NCBI GenBank assembly: GCA_013265495.1
Contig: MU061578.1
Location: forward strand, 4,785,308 to 4,849,307
Length of the DNA stretch: 64,000 bases
Reading direction: 5' to 3'
From: Vicugna vicugna
Lineage: Eukaryota
In this document: positions 1-46,801 of the stretch, in pieces
Layout: each line of letters starts with the position of its first letter
Position numbering within the stretch: position 1 is the stretch's first letter
Notes under the pieces: model-generated
What the model was told of the DNA's origin: nothing
Seen by the model: the letters and a program-made list of their open reading frames with translations, nothing else
Database searches by the model: none
Program-made: the position numbers and the translations under genes

Positions 1-639
1 CCACTAAGTTTTTAAACACTTCAGTTGGGGCTAGGTATATTTCAAGTGTTCAACAGCCATGTGTGGCAAATGGCTACCTTACTGACTCAATGAACAGTTG
101 AACTAGAGTGTAGATTCCTGGGCCCCATTCAGGTCCTAAAGATCTGCCCGGATGCAGATCTTTGTGAAACTTTGTAAAAACAAGCACCACCGGTGATTCT
201 TAAAATCCTAAAAATTAAGACGCTTTGCTGGGTGGGGCCTGAGTAGTAGAAAGCAAAGGTTGAAGTTCTCTGTTTACATAAGTTCAGGTAACAGCACAGG
301 ACCTTGGTTACCTCCCCCGTCCTCCGGAAAGGTGCGCGTCCAACAGCCAGAGAGAGAGAACAATTAGTTAAGTTTCGAGTAGATGGCGTTTCAGGTCACA
401 TCTTCAGAGCACCTTCCCCATTTAAAAGGACATTTCAGGTACAATTCATGTGAAATAACAAAATAGAAAAGCCATGTCTCTCCTCCAATGGTTTTAACCT
501 TCCCGTATCCTCCCTTCTGGGTTAAACGGCCGAACTGAGCTCCAAGACATTAGCGGGTGTATCCCCAAGGATATGAGAACAGCCCTCAGGAGCCCGGCAA
601 ACTTTCCTGGGGGCGATGTTTGAGTTAATGAATTCGAAG

Positions 640-1760
640 GGAGGATCCAGGGCATCCTATAAAGCAACTCCACACCCACCGGCACCGGCCCTGCACGCGA
701 CCTCGCCGCCCCCCATCCGCGTTCACTCACAACTCCCCAGTCCAGGCGCCAGGCCACGAGCACTTCCAGGGCAGCGCCCGGCGATGCGGGCCTGGGTCTC
801 CAGCCCGACGAGAGGGCCCTGAGGACAGAGGCCAGGGTCCCGGCTGCTCCGGATCCCGCGGGCCTCACTGGGCCCGCCGCAGAGCGGACGAAGCGAGGGC
901 ACCCTTCCGCCCGCCGCAGCCTCGACCACTTCCGGGCCGCGGCCTCGGCGCCTCCCACTCAGCCCGCCCCGGGCCACACTCTTTCTTCTCAGCCACTGCG
1001 CTGCGCCGCCAGGCTGCCGTTGCCACCGCGGGACCGGGAGACGGGCGGGCTCCACGATGCGCCCAGCCAAGCCTAGTGGGTGGCTCCCGAAGCTCGGATG
1101 GGGTCGGATTCCCACAACTTACATCTTCCCGCCGCCGCGACCTCGTCCCGCTCTCCTCAGCCGCTGAGGCTGGCGCCGCTCTGTCGTCAGGATTAGGGAG
1201 CGGGAAGGCGCCGTCGTCCGGCGCGCAGCGATGACGTAGACCGCCTTAGCCAATGGGCGCGAGCGAAGGGAGTGTTAAAGGGCCAGGGCCGTTTGTGGCA
1301 AACAGCGTCGGGGTGCTTACTCTGTCTCCCTCTCTGGAGGGATGTCTGGGGCTGCCTCAGGCTGGCTGCGCCCCTCGTGGGGCCGGAAAATTGGCAGCTT
1401 GCTGGGGCTGGGAGGGCTGCGCCATGTGGGAAGCTTGAGGGCTAGTTCGGAGAATGTTAACGAGGTCGCGACCCCGCCCCTGGGTTTGCGCACGCGCACT
1501 GGGTTAGCGGCGCGCCTGGCGGCATCCCAGGGCTCTGTGGTCGAGACCCAATAGCTTCGCGCCCAGCGCGGCTGGGCCGCGGGGCAGTGGGGATGCTGGA
1601 GCGTTTGCGGGCGCTGCGGCCTCTTGCGGCCGGCCATGGGGACCTGCAGGGTAGAGGCGACTCAGAGGGCCAGGCCGTTGCGGGGATGGGTTCATGCGGT
1701 TAAAAACCATTGGTGGTGTGAAGGGTGACCGCGTAGACGCAGCTTCTGCGCCAGCCGATC
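640..1760. promoter_or_regulatory. CpG island / probable bidirectional promoter (RNPS1 on minus; MIR940 host transcript on plus)
   Basis: Dense CpG and high GC; CRE-like TGACGTA (~1232), CCAAT box (~1250), NRF1-like GCGCACGCGCA (~1488), GC box (~962). Gene assignment rests on known RNPS1-MIR940-ABCA3 synteny. Confidence 0.8.
1123..1200 (-). other. RNPS1: Probable non-coding first exon of RNPS1 (5' end approximate)
   Basis: Minus strand ...GCGGCGGCGGGAAGAT|GTAAGT is a consensus donor, with CCAAT/CRE motifs just upstream inside the CpG island. Identity inferred from synteny; no RNPS1 coding sequence lies in the window. Confidence 0.55.
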
Positions 1761-3575
1761 TTGGCTGGGGGGGAGAAGACAGTGGGCAGTGCAACCAGAA
1801 CGAAAGGGCAGCAAAAGGCAGATAGAAGACAAGGTGCAGATGGGGAGGCGCTTCTGAGGAGATGACACTGCAGCTATGACTCGAGTGGAAGGGCGCACTC
1901 GGCAGTGAGAAAGAACAGCAGGTACAAAGATGTGGAGGCTCTCTGGAAGAAGCGAAGGGAGGCCGGTGTGGTCAGTGCGGCACCTTGAAGGCCGGGGCTC
2001 GGAAGGTGGAGTTTCTCTGTTGGGGGCGGGGCAACTTGGGAGATGTGCAGGATACAGTGCCAAGGCTTCATCCCCCAGCGGGTGGACGGTGCAGGCTGGA
2101 AGGCACTGTCAAGACCCTTTTGGCAAAGGCAGGAGAGGTGAGGATTAGAGGCCCAGAACTAGGCAGGAGGCTGTCGGAGTAAAACCCTGCATTGAGGAGC
2201 CAGGGCTCCTGAGTTTTGTTTACCTCAGTGTACCTCCCCTCCCAAAGCTGTGCCAGGCAAGCAATCAGTGCTGACTGACTGTTAGTGGGAGGAAGGAAGG
2301 CGCACCCTGGCCCAGACACTGTCTGAATAGGTAGGTGCAGCAAGGAAGACAAGGGAACAGGTCCAAGGTGCTGTTTTGCGGGGAAAGAACCAGTGTGACT
2401 TGGAAATGGATTAGATATCAGGGGAAAGGACAGGAAAGAGACAATGCAGCTTGTTGCCCCTAGATGGATGGATGGATGGTGCTTTGTTTGCAGTCTGCAA
2501 GTCATTGCTTTCTGCTCTGTGTGATTTTCCCAGCCAGTGGATGGTGACTCGTTTCCATGGTCCAGTCTGTCTGGCCCTGTCCAGCAGTGTCAAGTGTGCT
2601 GCTAACAGCTTACCCTGGGCTGAGGGTTGTCTGAGGAGTTGGGGACAAAAGACAGCCCAGGAGGAGCAGCCTGCCTCCTGAGTCCTCTCTGCTGAGGCAC
2701 CAACACACTCCTGGGGGTGGGGGTTGGCAGGCAGAGTCAGTCTGGGTCCTAGTTCTCCCTTTGGATTTAGATTTGGGGAGGTGGAGCATTTAGAGCAAGT
2801 TAAATTCCCTGCATCACTGTGACATCTGCTGTGGTCACGCATAGAGGCAGAAGTGAACAGGAGGACAGTTCTGGCCCTGTAGTGGTGCAGGGGCCCAGAG
2901 GGTTGGTGCTGGGGATGGTGTGGCCTTGGTGGGCCAGCCTGCAGCACCTGGAGGTCTGTGTGGGGGCCATGACAACATATGAGAGCCCCACACATCCTGG
3001 GCCAAGTCAGTGTGTGCCTGAAAGGCCCCAAATTCAGAAAGGCCTTTGCCCTGGGACCCAGTGACGATGGGGCAGACGAGTTATCCCCACTATGGTGAAT
3101 GGAGGGTGGGGACACAGCCTGCTGGGCTGACAGCCCTTTCTGGTGTTTTTTTTTAATGCTCTAAAATAATATAATTTGGCATGCGTATATATTTTTAACA
3201 CATTTTATATTAAGTCTAAAAGCATGATTTATTCAACCCCTTTTGAATTTAATCAAATTTGTTTCTAAATATTGTTGATTTTATTATCAAGTGTGTTATC
3301 AGCTGTTGAGCATTAAAATTTGAGCATCTTGGCTTTTGCCATTTTGAGAATCAGGAGAATGTATTTGGAAAGAACATGAGAAAATAAAACTCTGGATGTC
3401 CCCTGACCCCAGCCTTCCAGGAATCCGGAGTTTCTCCCATCCCAGCTCCCAGTGCGAACCTGCTGAGGCCATGGGGATTGAGGGACTGGGATTTGTGGCA
3501 TTTGAAGACCTCAGGAAGTCTTTGGCCCAGTTTGATGGAGGAGGTGGGTCAGGGCTCTTGTGGGCAGGGCAATGG

Positions 3576-3636
3576 GCAGCTGGCCCCAGGGCTGGAGCTC
3601 TACACCACATGCATCCTTCGGGCTCTGGCCACTGTC
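3576..3636 (+). ncRNA. Degenerate MIR3677-orthologous stem-loop
   Basis: GGCAGCTGGCC...GGGCTCTGGCCACTGTC resembles the arms of human mir-3677 as recalled, and lies about 1.1 kb upstream of MIR940. Central pairing is poor. Confidence 0.3.
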
Positions 3637-3822
3637 TTGAGCCCCCTTCCCTTTTCCCCCAGGGCCGAGGGCCACCTGTTGATGATGTGGGGCTGCACTC
3701 ATTTTGAGAGCATACCCACCAAGGCAGGATGTTCCCTCTGCCTTTATCCTCAGTGGGCCTGATGGCCTCTGCAGTGCTTGCCCTTGGAGGCTGGTAACCT
3801 GGCACACTGAAAGGATCAGGGT

Positions 3823-3968
3823 GGGGAGGGTAGAGCTCAGTGGTAGAGTGTGTGCTTAGCTTGCACGAGGTCCTGGGTTCAATCCCCAGTACCTCCATTA
3901 GAAAATAAACACCCCCCCCAAAAACAACAATAACAGAGAAACAAAAAGGAATTGTTTGGAAAAAACCA
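3823..3968 (+). mobile_element. tRNA-Ala-derived SINE (camelid Vic-1 type)
   Basis: GGGGAGGGTAGAGCTCAGTGGTAGAG (A box) ... GGTTCAATCCC (B box), A-rich tail, approximate TSD aaaggatcagg/aaaaggtcagg. Confidence 0.85.
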
Positions 3969-4682
3969 AAAAGGTCAGGAATGACCTGGGTTGGGTTGGA
4001 GGTCACAGTGGGCCACACAGGAGCTATAAAGCAGGCATTGCATCCCCTTGTAAATGATGTCAAAGAAGCACTTCAACCCATTGCTGACAGACTCTGTGCC
4101 AAGGGTGGGCATGGCCCAGCCAGGTGGAAGAAAGGGGTTTGGGTGGGGTCAGGGAGGTCATGATGGCTTGGTGACCCTGGATGAGGCATTAGAAGAGGAG
4201 GTGTGTCAACAAGACCTGGCTCCTATCTGTGGGGCTACCTGTAGCCCCTGAAGGCGCCCAGGAGGAGGTGCTGACTGGTCAGCCTGGGTCTGAAAGGGCC
4301 AACCAGCCAGTTAGGGTCTGGAGCTGTGGTGAGGCCTCCCCAGCTCCAGGTGAGCTGTGTCTCCAAGGTGTGGGGGTGTTGGGGGTGCCGCAGGGCCAGG
4401 GGCTGCTGAACAGTGGGCTTGGGAGCTTGTTTTCATGCTTAAAGCCCCATGTCCACTTCTGCCCTGAGGAGGTCAAGCAGAGTAATCCCTAAGCTGCCCA
4501 CCTTGGAGCTGTCACAGGGGCTTAGGAGGGGCCCGGCCAGAACTGACAGAGAAGGAAAGCCGGTGTGCCACAGTGCTGGGTGAGCCGCCCTGGCCTCTGG
4601 CTGCTCCCAGGCCCACCTCTGGCCATCTGCAGCCAGTGGATTTGGGGCTTCTCTGACGTTGGAGGCATCTGACGTGGCATCT

Positions 4683-4776
4683 GTGAGGTGTGGGCCGGGC
4701 CCCAGGAGCGGGGCCTGGGCAGCCCTGTGTATTGAGGAAGGAAGGCAGGGCCCCCGCTCCCCGGGCCCGACCCCCA
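4683..4776 (+). ncRNA. MIR940: MIR940 precursor hairpin; mature-like sequence 4742-4762
   Basis: AAGGCAGGGCCCCCGCTCCCC matches mature miR-940 as recalled; 5' arm GGAGCGGGGCCTG pairs with it; syntenic position between RNPS1 and ABCA3. Confidence 0.85.
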
Positions 4777-7700
4777 GCTTCAGCCCCTTCTGCAGCCTGC
4801 TCAAAGCCTAGGCCACGTGTGCCCATCAGGTGGGGATGAGACTCCGGGGCCCAGGGCTGTGCTGCTTCCTGGCTGTTTCTCCTTGGGCTTCTGTGGGGGT
4901 TGGGACTGCTGTCTTGGTGCCCCTTCTTGGGCAGTCCCCAGGCCACATACCCTGAACCCCCCTTCTGAATGTCCCCTTAGGGTGCCCTGCCCTTGGGGAA
5001 GGGAGGGGTTCTGTGGGGGCTTGAACATTCCAGGACTTGGGGGCGGACCTGAGTCAGGGTTCAGGGAATTGGGCCTTGTGTCTGGAGGGGGTGGAATATT
5101 GTGTATTTGGCCTGCTGGCCTCAGCTGTAGGGTCAGGTAAGCAGCCTAACCCTGACTTTGGTGTTGGGGGTACCTCTTGGAACCCCTTTGTGCCATCTCC
5201 TTGATGCAAGAGTGGGTAGAGTTTAATCCTTCTGGACCCAGGTGGACCCAGGTGAACCCAAGCTTACATCCCAGGAATGTCCCTCTGCCTGCAGGTGGGG
5301 CTCTGATCCGTAGCACAGCCAGCAGGGTCTGGGTGAGCGTGGGCGGCACTGACCTTAACACTGACTGTGTGAGAGAGGGGGGTCCCCAGAGGGCCTTGCC
5401 AGCTTATGCTGTGAATGTTGTGCTGCTCCCCAGAGGTGAGCTGAACAGCAGCTGTCATGGGGTGTCACTCAGTTGGAGCAGCAGGAATCAGCTGCCCTGG
5501 CTGGTGGGCTAGCCCCGGGGCTAGGCTTTTGGAACCCTCTCTCCCTTGTCCCCAGGCTCTGGCCCTGTAGGTGTCAAGTCTGACTGCCTTGGAGCCTTAG
5601 GATGTCACTGCCTCTGTGTGTTCAAGGAATTAAGTGAGCTCAGGCTGGGCTGGTGGTGTGTCAGTCCAGTCCAGGCAGGCAGGGCAAGCTCCTCCTCCAC
5701 CTGATGTGTGTGGTTATCCCCAGAGAGCTTGTGGCCACCCCTGGACCTGCCTTCCAGCCTCCCCTCCAGGTGCTGGCCTTTGCTCACTCCTTCATCTTGG
5801 GTTCCCTGCCTCAGTCTTGTCTGCTGCTTTGTGAGACTGGGCCAGGGGTCCCTGGGACTTGGATGGCCTTGGCTTCCCCTTGAGTCCCGGACTAAAGATT
5901 GGAATTTACCGAGAAAGAAACCGTCCAGTGTGTTTTGCTTTTCTGAGCCCCTACGACCAAAGGGCTAGGGTCCTCTGTGGGGGATGGGGAAGTGGGCCCT
6001 AGGATGTGGCCACAGACCAGCAGAAGTGGCCATAACCAGGTCCTCCTGGGTGAGGTGGGGTCTCACCAGCTCAGGTGGACAATAAAGGCATGCATGAGTC
6101 CGCTGGGGGGACCACTTCACTGGGGAGGCTAGCCTGCCCACTACAGTCATGGCAGGGATTGCGGTTGTGTCCTGGTGTCTGAGTTTTTTTGGGTGCCAGT
6201 TAATAAAAGGCTGCGTGTCCCAGCTGCCTGTGGGGCAGCTACGTGCCTGTGTTTTGGATGATGCAATGGGCGTGGAAGCATGTGACACCCAGGAGCTGTG
6301 CCCTCCTGCTCCTCCCCTTGCTTCCTGTTCATTCTATGTGGAAGTCTTGGTGGCACCTTGGACCCTGAGAGGTGACCTTGAGGAGGGAGGCCTGCACCTG
6401 GATGGAGCAGGCCGATGGAGTTTGGCTCCCTGAGACCTTGACCAGAGTGCCCAGACTGCCTTCTGTGGACTTTGTACTTGGCAGAGAAATAAACTCATCT
6501 TTTTAAACCACTGCGAAGTCTTCATTTGGGCGGAGCTGTTCCTGTGGCCTGGGGGTGGGTCTCTTTGACTTGTGACCTGCTGCATGGCAGCCCTTCCCTA
6601 CGGTGAAGGCAGTGGAGGGGCTCGGCCTTCAGGCCCCACCCCATAGTGGGGTCTCCCCACCCTCCCCACGAGCCTGCTCTCCTTCCTCCTCACAGGGGCT
6701 TTTGGTTCTGGGTACAGTTGTCAGACTGCAGGACTATCCACGTGTCCACTGCCTGTCTCAGTTGAGGGCAGGACTGGGCAGGACAGGGCAGGCCCTGACA
6801 TGGTCTCTGCCCCTTGGGAGCCCTGGACCAGGCTGTGCAGGGAAGGGAAGGCACGACCTTGGCTCCTGGGTCTCCTAACTGCTGCTGGTGGCAGTGCAGG
6901 AGCTGAGTCCCCAAGAACGGCCTCACCCGGCAGATGCAGCAGCTCTTTGGGACCAGCATCTCCAGGGACCGTCTGGGCCCAGAGGTCTAAGTAGAGTGGA
7001 GTAGGAATGGGTGCAGGAGTAAACCAGGTACACTCTCCTGTCAGGGAGTCGAGGGTCCCGCCCCACCCCTGAGCTCAAACCAAAGCTGCCAGGGCTGGGG
7101 GGCAGGGATTCTGAGGCCCCAATCCTGGCTCCTTGAAGACAGTTGGCTCCAATGCTGGGTTTCCAGCAGCCTCGCAGATGACCCAGGGGTACTGCATGGA
7201 CCCTAGCAGCAGTGCCCTTTTCTGCTGCTCCTGGGGTCCCTCCTAAGTGTCTCTCTTGCAGCTGCCCAGGCTCCACATGTGGGTGCAGTCGTGGGCTCCT
7301 CCCACAGGCCCCAGAGTCCTCCGGGCTCTCCCCTGACTGTGCCGTGTGCCTCCCCTCAGGTCCCCGCTGCTGCAGCCTTGGCTGTGCCTGCATCATCCTC
7401 TCCATAGCTGCCAAGTTGTCTTCCAAAAGGGATTTCTGATCATGACAGCCCCTGCTTTTCGTCCTTCCCATCTCTTCTGCACCAACCTCTCCACCTTATC
7501 TCCCATCAACAAACCCACTTCTCCCTGGGCTAGTGCAGTCTGATTTCATGTGTGTGTGCTTGACATATGCTGTTCCTTCAGTGCTGTTTTGTGGCATCAA
7601 AGGAGAAAAATGATAAATTTCTAAATCTTTAACAAGTGGGCTTAAAAACAAGGCCAGGATGTGCTGCAGTAGGGCTGTTGGGGGATGTGTGGCCAGGCTG

Positions 7701-7939
7701 TGCTGGCCTCTGCCCTCCTCCTAGACCTGGCAAACCCAACACGGCCGCAGCACCACAGCACCTGCAGACAAGTCACAGCCCACTTCTTGGAAGGTGTTTT
7801 CTGTTGGGCAACGTTTAGGACCGCAGCGACTCCTGTGTTTTTTTATAATGTGGAACTTAATGATGATAGTTTGAAGAATTTTAAAGGAAATAAAAAAGCT
7901 AATGGAAACTATGTGCAGCGTTCATAAACACTGAGGGAC

Positions 7940-8160
7940 TTGCAGATGTTAACTACTATATATAAAGTAGGTAAACAGCAAGGTCCTACTGTATAGCACT
8001 ACATTCAATACCTTATAATAGCCTATAATAAAAAGAATATGAAAAGGAATATATATAAAATTGAATCACTATGCTGTACAGCAGTAATTAACACAACACT
8101 GTAAGCTGACTATACTTCAATAAAAAATTTTAAAAAATCAAATCAATGTTAAAAAAAAAA
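7940..8160 (+). mobile_element. 5'-truncated young L1 3' end with poly(A)
   Basis: Cetartiodactyl L1 3'UTR motifs (AAGGTCCTACTGTATAGCAC, GAATCACTATGCTGTACA, CTTCAATAAAAAA), A tail, TSD-like flanks cactgagggact/ctctgagagact. Confidence 0.75.
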
Positions 8161-8674
8161 CTCTGAGAGACTGAGGAAAATGCAGATTTGAAACTGTAGC
8201 AAATGAACCAGAGTGATGAAAACAAGTATTTTCTAAATTATGAATTCTAAGGGAATGTAAAAGGCACAGGGATTCAAATCACGGAAATTCAGAAAGCTGA
8301 AAGAAATGAGAGTGAGTAAATAAAAAGGCAGCTGACGCTGAAGAAGATTCTTCTGGAAAATGGCGTGTAAAGCCCATGAATGGCCCTGGAGCCAGAGGCC
8401 TCCTGCCCACCCGGGTCCGCACCCTCCTACGCCCACCCTACACTCTTCTCTTCCTGCTGTGGATGAAGGGTCTGTTGGTGGCCATTTATCTGACCTGCTT
8501 TTGCACTTGCATTTCTGGCTGATTCCTTTACCTCATGGCAGTGAGTTCTGCAAGTTTACTACATGTTGGGAAAACAAGCTCTTGCTTTTGTCTGTGAAAC
8601 TTGATACAGCAGGTTTGTGTTGTGGTGTGGGTGAGTGACTGGGCTGGGGAACCCATCCTGTGACTCACAGACCA

Positions 8675-9410
8675 CAGCCGTGTTCCCTCCCAACCTTTAT
8701 TTTCCAGACAGTTACCACGCATCAGGTACATCCTTCATGGATGGCCGCTCAGCCCGGCAGTGGTTCCCAACTGGCCTCCCGGACCCTGGCTTCTCAGGGA
8801 ACGGAGGATTGTCCCCCTCCCCTCGCCGGCCGCCTCTGGAAGACGCTGGTGGGATGATGCCCAGTGCAGGGTCCACTCTGTCCGGGGCAGCGTCCACGCT
8901 CTGAGGAGCAGGGACTCCCAGGACACCCCGCTGAACTGGAAGCCAAGACCTCAGCGCCTGATCCAGCCACATGTCCCCTGAGGATGGCGACAGGTGACTT
9001 TCTGTTCCTTCTGGGCAGCCTAGTGAGCCAGGTGCCATCTGTCTTGCTGGCTTCCTGTTTCATCCCAGGGGAGCTCTGAGCCAGGTGTGAACATGGGGGT
9101 GTCTCTGGGTGCTCTCCTCAGGTCAGTGAGGCCTCTTCCTGGATGGCTTTCCGCCCAAAGACCCCCTGACTTGCCCGCACAGACTGCCGGATCTGCTCTT
9201 GGTTGGGATCTGGAGTTCTGGAGAGTGGGCTTCGGCGACTGCCTGAGACATGGATGTTCACATGCTGATTCCCAGTGTGAGGGCACCGGTACACCCGGTC
9301 CATACTGTGCCTTGATTCTCAAATCCATCATAGAAAACAGTGATCAAAATTGAGGGTGCAGGATAAGGTGAACTCACAGGGAGAGGACGCCCACCTGTGT
9401 GCCTGGCTCC
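8675..9410 (-). other. ABCA3: ABCA3 3'UTR (3' end approximate)
   Basis: Runs from the stop codon (9411-9413) to just past the first AATAAA I found on the minus strand (8696-8701). Confidence 0.7.
8696..8701 (-). terminator. ABCA3: ABCA3 polyadenylation signal AATAAA
   Basis: tttatt on plus; followed on minus by GT-rich GCTGTGGTCTGTG; about 710 nt after the stop. Confidence 0.7.
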
Positions 9411-43601
<34,191 letters not shown>

Positions 43602-45611
43602 CCTTGCTGGAGGGGGCGTGATTTGTGGACCAAAGACAGAAAGTTAGGGTGTTGGTGAAACGTGAATCCTGAGTGTCTGGGGAAGGCGGGGAAAGTGGGG
43701 AAGAGTCAGTTTTGAGCACAAGGCCTATTCTCTGTGTTTCTCCTCCCTTCCTTTTGTCCCACCCCAACTCAAAACAGCACGCGGGAGGGAGAGGTGCCAC
43801 TTCTGCTCCGTATGCTCAGAGAATGTACACTCTTAGGAAGCTGACTTCATTTCTTCTCAACAGGTAAAATCAATGGCAGGGCTTGTATAAGCAACGTGAC
43901 CGCTGGAGTGGTCGTCAGCTGATGAATGCTATTCAGACGGTCTCCACAGTTCGTATGAATGTGTTGTTTCTTAGAAAAATATTCAGACTGATGGGATTCC
44001 CCTTTCTGACTGGTTTTACCCTCCACCATCACAGAACAGCAAAAGGAAACTCAGCTTAGTGTCCTGGCTGCAGGGTGATTTCTGAGACCTGGGGAGTGCT
44101 GTGGGGGAGCAGGGGGAGAGTTTGGAATGAGGGCCCTCAGTGGTCTTGACCCAGGAGCAGACACTGCAGGCGGACACATGAGTGGTAAGATGATGTGTAT
44201 TCTCTTGCCTTGAACCCTAAGGACTAGTTTTTCCTGCTTTAACTGTGAGCAGTGGTCTGTGAGCTTCCACATGAGACTGGTCATTTTCCTCCAGAGAAAA
44301 TCTACTCTGTCATGTATGAATGTTACATTTAAATCTGGCACACAGAGCTGGGAAAATCGGCTAGAGATTATCAAACACGGTGATGGCAGAAATAAGAACA
44401 GAGGTTTATAAAGGTCTCCCTCAATTTAGGGAAATTTATTTCATGAGATTTCAAGTGTGAGAAGCAGAGAACCCAGCCCGGAGTTCATCAGACACTAACC
44501 TGTAGAGAAGGAAAGGGTTTGAGTCAGCTCAGCAAGACCCTGGGACGCCCACGACACAGAAGCACCACATTCTGGAATCTGTGGGTGTGAAGGCCAAGGC
44601 TTGGATCGCAGGTGGGCAGTGAGGGCAGCAGAAGAGTGAAGGCCCCGGAGATGCAGGTGGAGTGGAGAGGAGCCCTCTACAACTCACAGTCCTTCAAGTG
44701 GGGAGAAGTAGCCATGACTCACAGGGGAGGAGTTCGGAATCAGCACCACATTCAGGCCGATACTAACCCAACACCATTTACCAGGCAGGTTAGGACTGCG
44801 CGGAAGGCTCAGACAGACGGCTGGTAAATCATTCGTTAGTTACTGCGCTCTAACGCCACAGCCCGAAGAGCCCAGCTCGAGACCCAATGCACACAAAGCA
44901 AGAGCTTTTTTTCTTCTCCTGAAACAGCCAGTTTTACTTTTGGCTTCGGTTGGTTGAAACTCATTCCCAGTAACGCTCATATTTAAATTAAACTCTTGCT
45001 TTAAAAAAACAAGTGCCTGTCCATATTTGTCTAATAGTAGTTCCTCAAAATTTATGCTTTAAAGGGTAGTCAGTAAATATTTGTAGAAAACACAATTGCA
45101 ACAAATTATTTACAAATTAATTTAAAATGTGGCTTTTAATTAACCACATGGTTAAAATGTGAGGCGATTAAAGATAAAATAGTATGAAGTGCTATTAAGT
45201 GACAACTTAATAAATTATCCAAATTCTTTTAAAATCAGCAGGATAGAAAATCTGTCTTAAAATCAGTCGTAGACAGTTAATAAAAGAGCAGTCGTGAAAT
45301 GTTACCCACAAAGGCTTGTGGTTTATGAAAATTTTCAAGAAGTGGTGTAGGCTGAGAAGGGAAACCAGTCTCTGGCCGGGGCCGATCATCCCCATAGTGG
45401 GCTGACGGGCGTCTGGTTTGGCCAAGATGAACTTTCTCCCACTACCAAGAGGGGAATAGAAAAAGGTCACAATTCAAAGAAGCCTTCTTGTCAGAGAAGT
45501 TGCCAACTTCCTTTTCTGGAAAAGTCTGGCCAAGAAATGACACATCCCCAGGCTTAATCCCATCTCTCGAGGCCCCAGTGGGTTGGGAGGGCATAAAGAC
45601 AGACCGTCCAC

Positions 45612-45881
45612 CTTCCCAGGAGGACAACACTAGACGGCAGCATCTGGGAACTGACCTGAGTCCTGAGAGAGGCTCCTGGCTGAGGTCCTCCTCTGGGGCT
45701 ATGAGAGGACTGGCTGGGAGGAGGCGGCCCTGCACAGAGGGCTCTGGGGTGGGGCCAGCAGGCCTCTGGAGTGCGGCGGGGTGACCTTGGGGTTCCGGAG
45801 CACTGACGCCTCTGGGGACATCAGGAGGGGCCCAGGGCTCGCTGGCATGACTCTCCGGCACCTTTGGGCAAATGGAGGGCG
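45612..45881 (-). other. Candidate ABCA3 5'UTR exon (exon 3)
   Basis: GC-rich block bounded by ctctag| and AAG|GTGGAC; human ABCA3 has three non-coding exons; boundaries unverified. Confidence 0.3.
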
Positions 45882-46591
45882 CTAGAGCATAGTTTAAACA
45901 ATATTCATAAAACACCTCTCCCCAAGTTAGAAAGTCAAAGTGCAAGACAGATCACAGGCACGTTACTTAAACAGAACCAAGTCCAATACCAAACAACTAT
46001 ATGGATTTAGGAAAACAGAGCCTGCTGGGATGCTTCTTTCTTCTCTCCTGGTACAATAAACCATAAAAGGCTTCTATTTTATATACTTTTATACTTATAG
46101 AGCCCCCTAGTCCAGCCCTGGCTTCTGGTATCATCACCCTTTCATAGACTAAGAAACCAGGAGGAAGCACTTGGCCCAGGATCACACAGCAAGAACGCCA
46201 CAGAGCCAGGATCCGAACCTCTCAGTCTGTGTTTTCACCATGGCCCCCCTACATCCTTGTGTGTCCCAAAGCAGGAAACATCTTTATCAAACTTGTAGAT
46301 ATTTCTTCCAGTACATAACATTAGAAATCAAAAAGAAAAAATATCCCCTGAGCCCCACCACCTTAATAGACATGTCATTGTTTCTGTCTCCCCAAAGCAT
46401 CCAGCCCGTTGCTCTGCACCTGCCAGGCTTCATCTGAAGTCTCACTGAACGGCATACCCACATCTGCTCTGTTTGAGCAAAAAAGGAAGGTCAAGGAGGA
46501 GAATCCCCGAATTACAAAATCTAGGAAGCTTTCTGGTTACAAAAGCCAATGTACACGAGAAAAGGAAGTTCAAGTTCCCTCCCCACCCTAC

Positions 46592-46801
46592 TTGACACCG
46601 TGGCACTCCGAGTCCCCCAGAAGTGGCAGGGGCTGCAGTCCAGAACCAGGCCCAGCACGGTCCACTCCAAGGCCACTGCTCTGGCTCCAGCCACTTGCAA
46701 GGCCCCACAAGAGCGTCTGAGGACTTCCCACAGAGACTCACTTCCCTCCTCCCAGGACAGAGCCAGGAAGGGAAGGGAAAGCTGTTTTTACCACTGAAAG
46801 G
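46592..46801 (-). other. Candidate ABCA3 5'UTR exon (exon 2)
   Basis: GC-richer block ending CAA|GTAGGG; acceptor ambiguous (46793 or 46801). Confidence 0.25.

Noticed and set aside
3823..3900. tRNA-Ala gene (also at 28710, 48551, 54635)
   Set aside because: Mutated stems, A-rich tails and TSDs identify these as SINE copies.
7400..7800. MIR4717 orthologue expected by synteny
   Set aside because: No near-perfect hairpin or matching sequence recognised.
494..9353. Many 60-250 aa ORFs between the left CpG island and the ABCA3 3' end
   Set aside because: Overlapping on both strands, no recognisable domain, expected in GC-rich DNA; one runs through a SINE.
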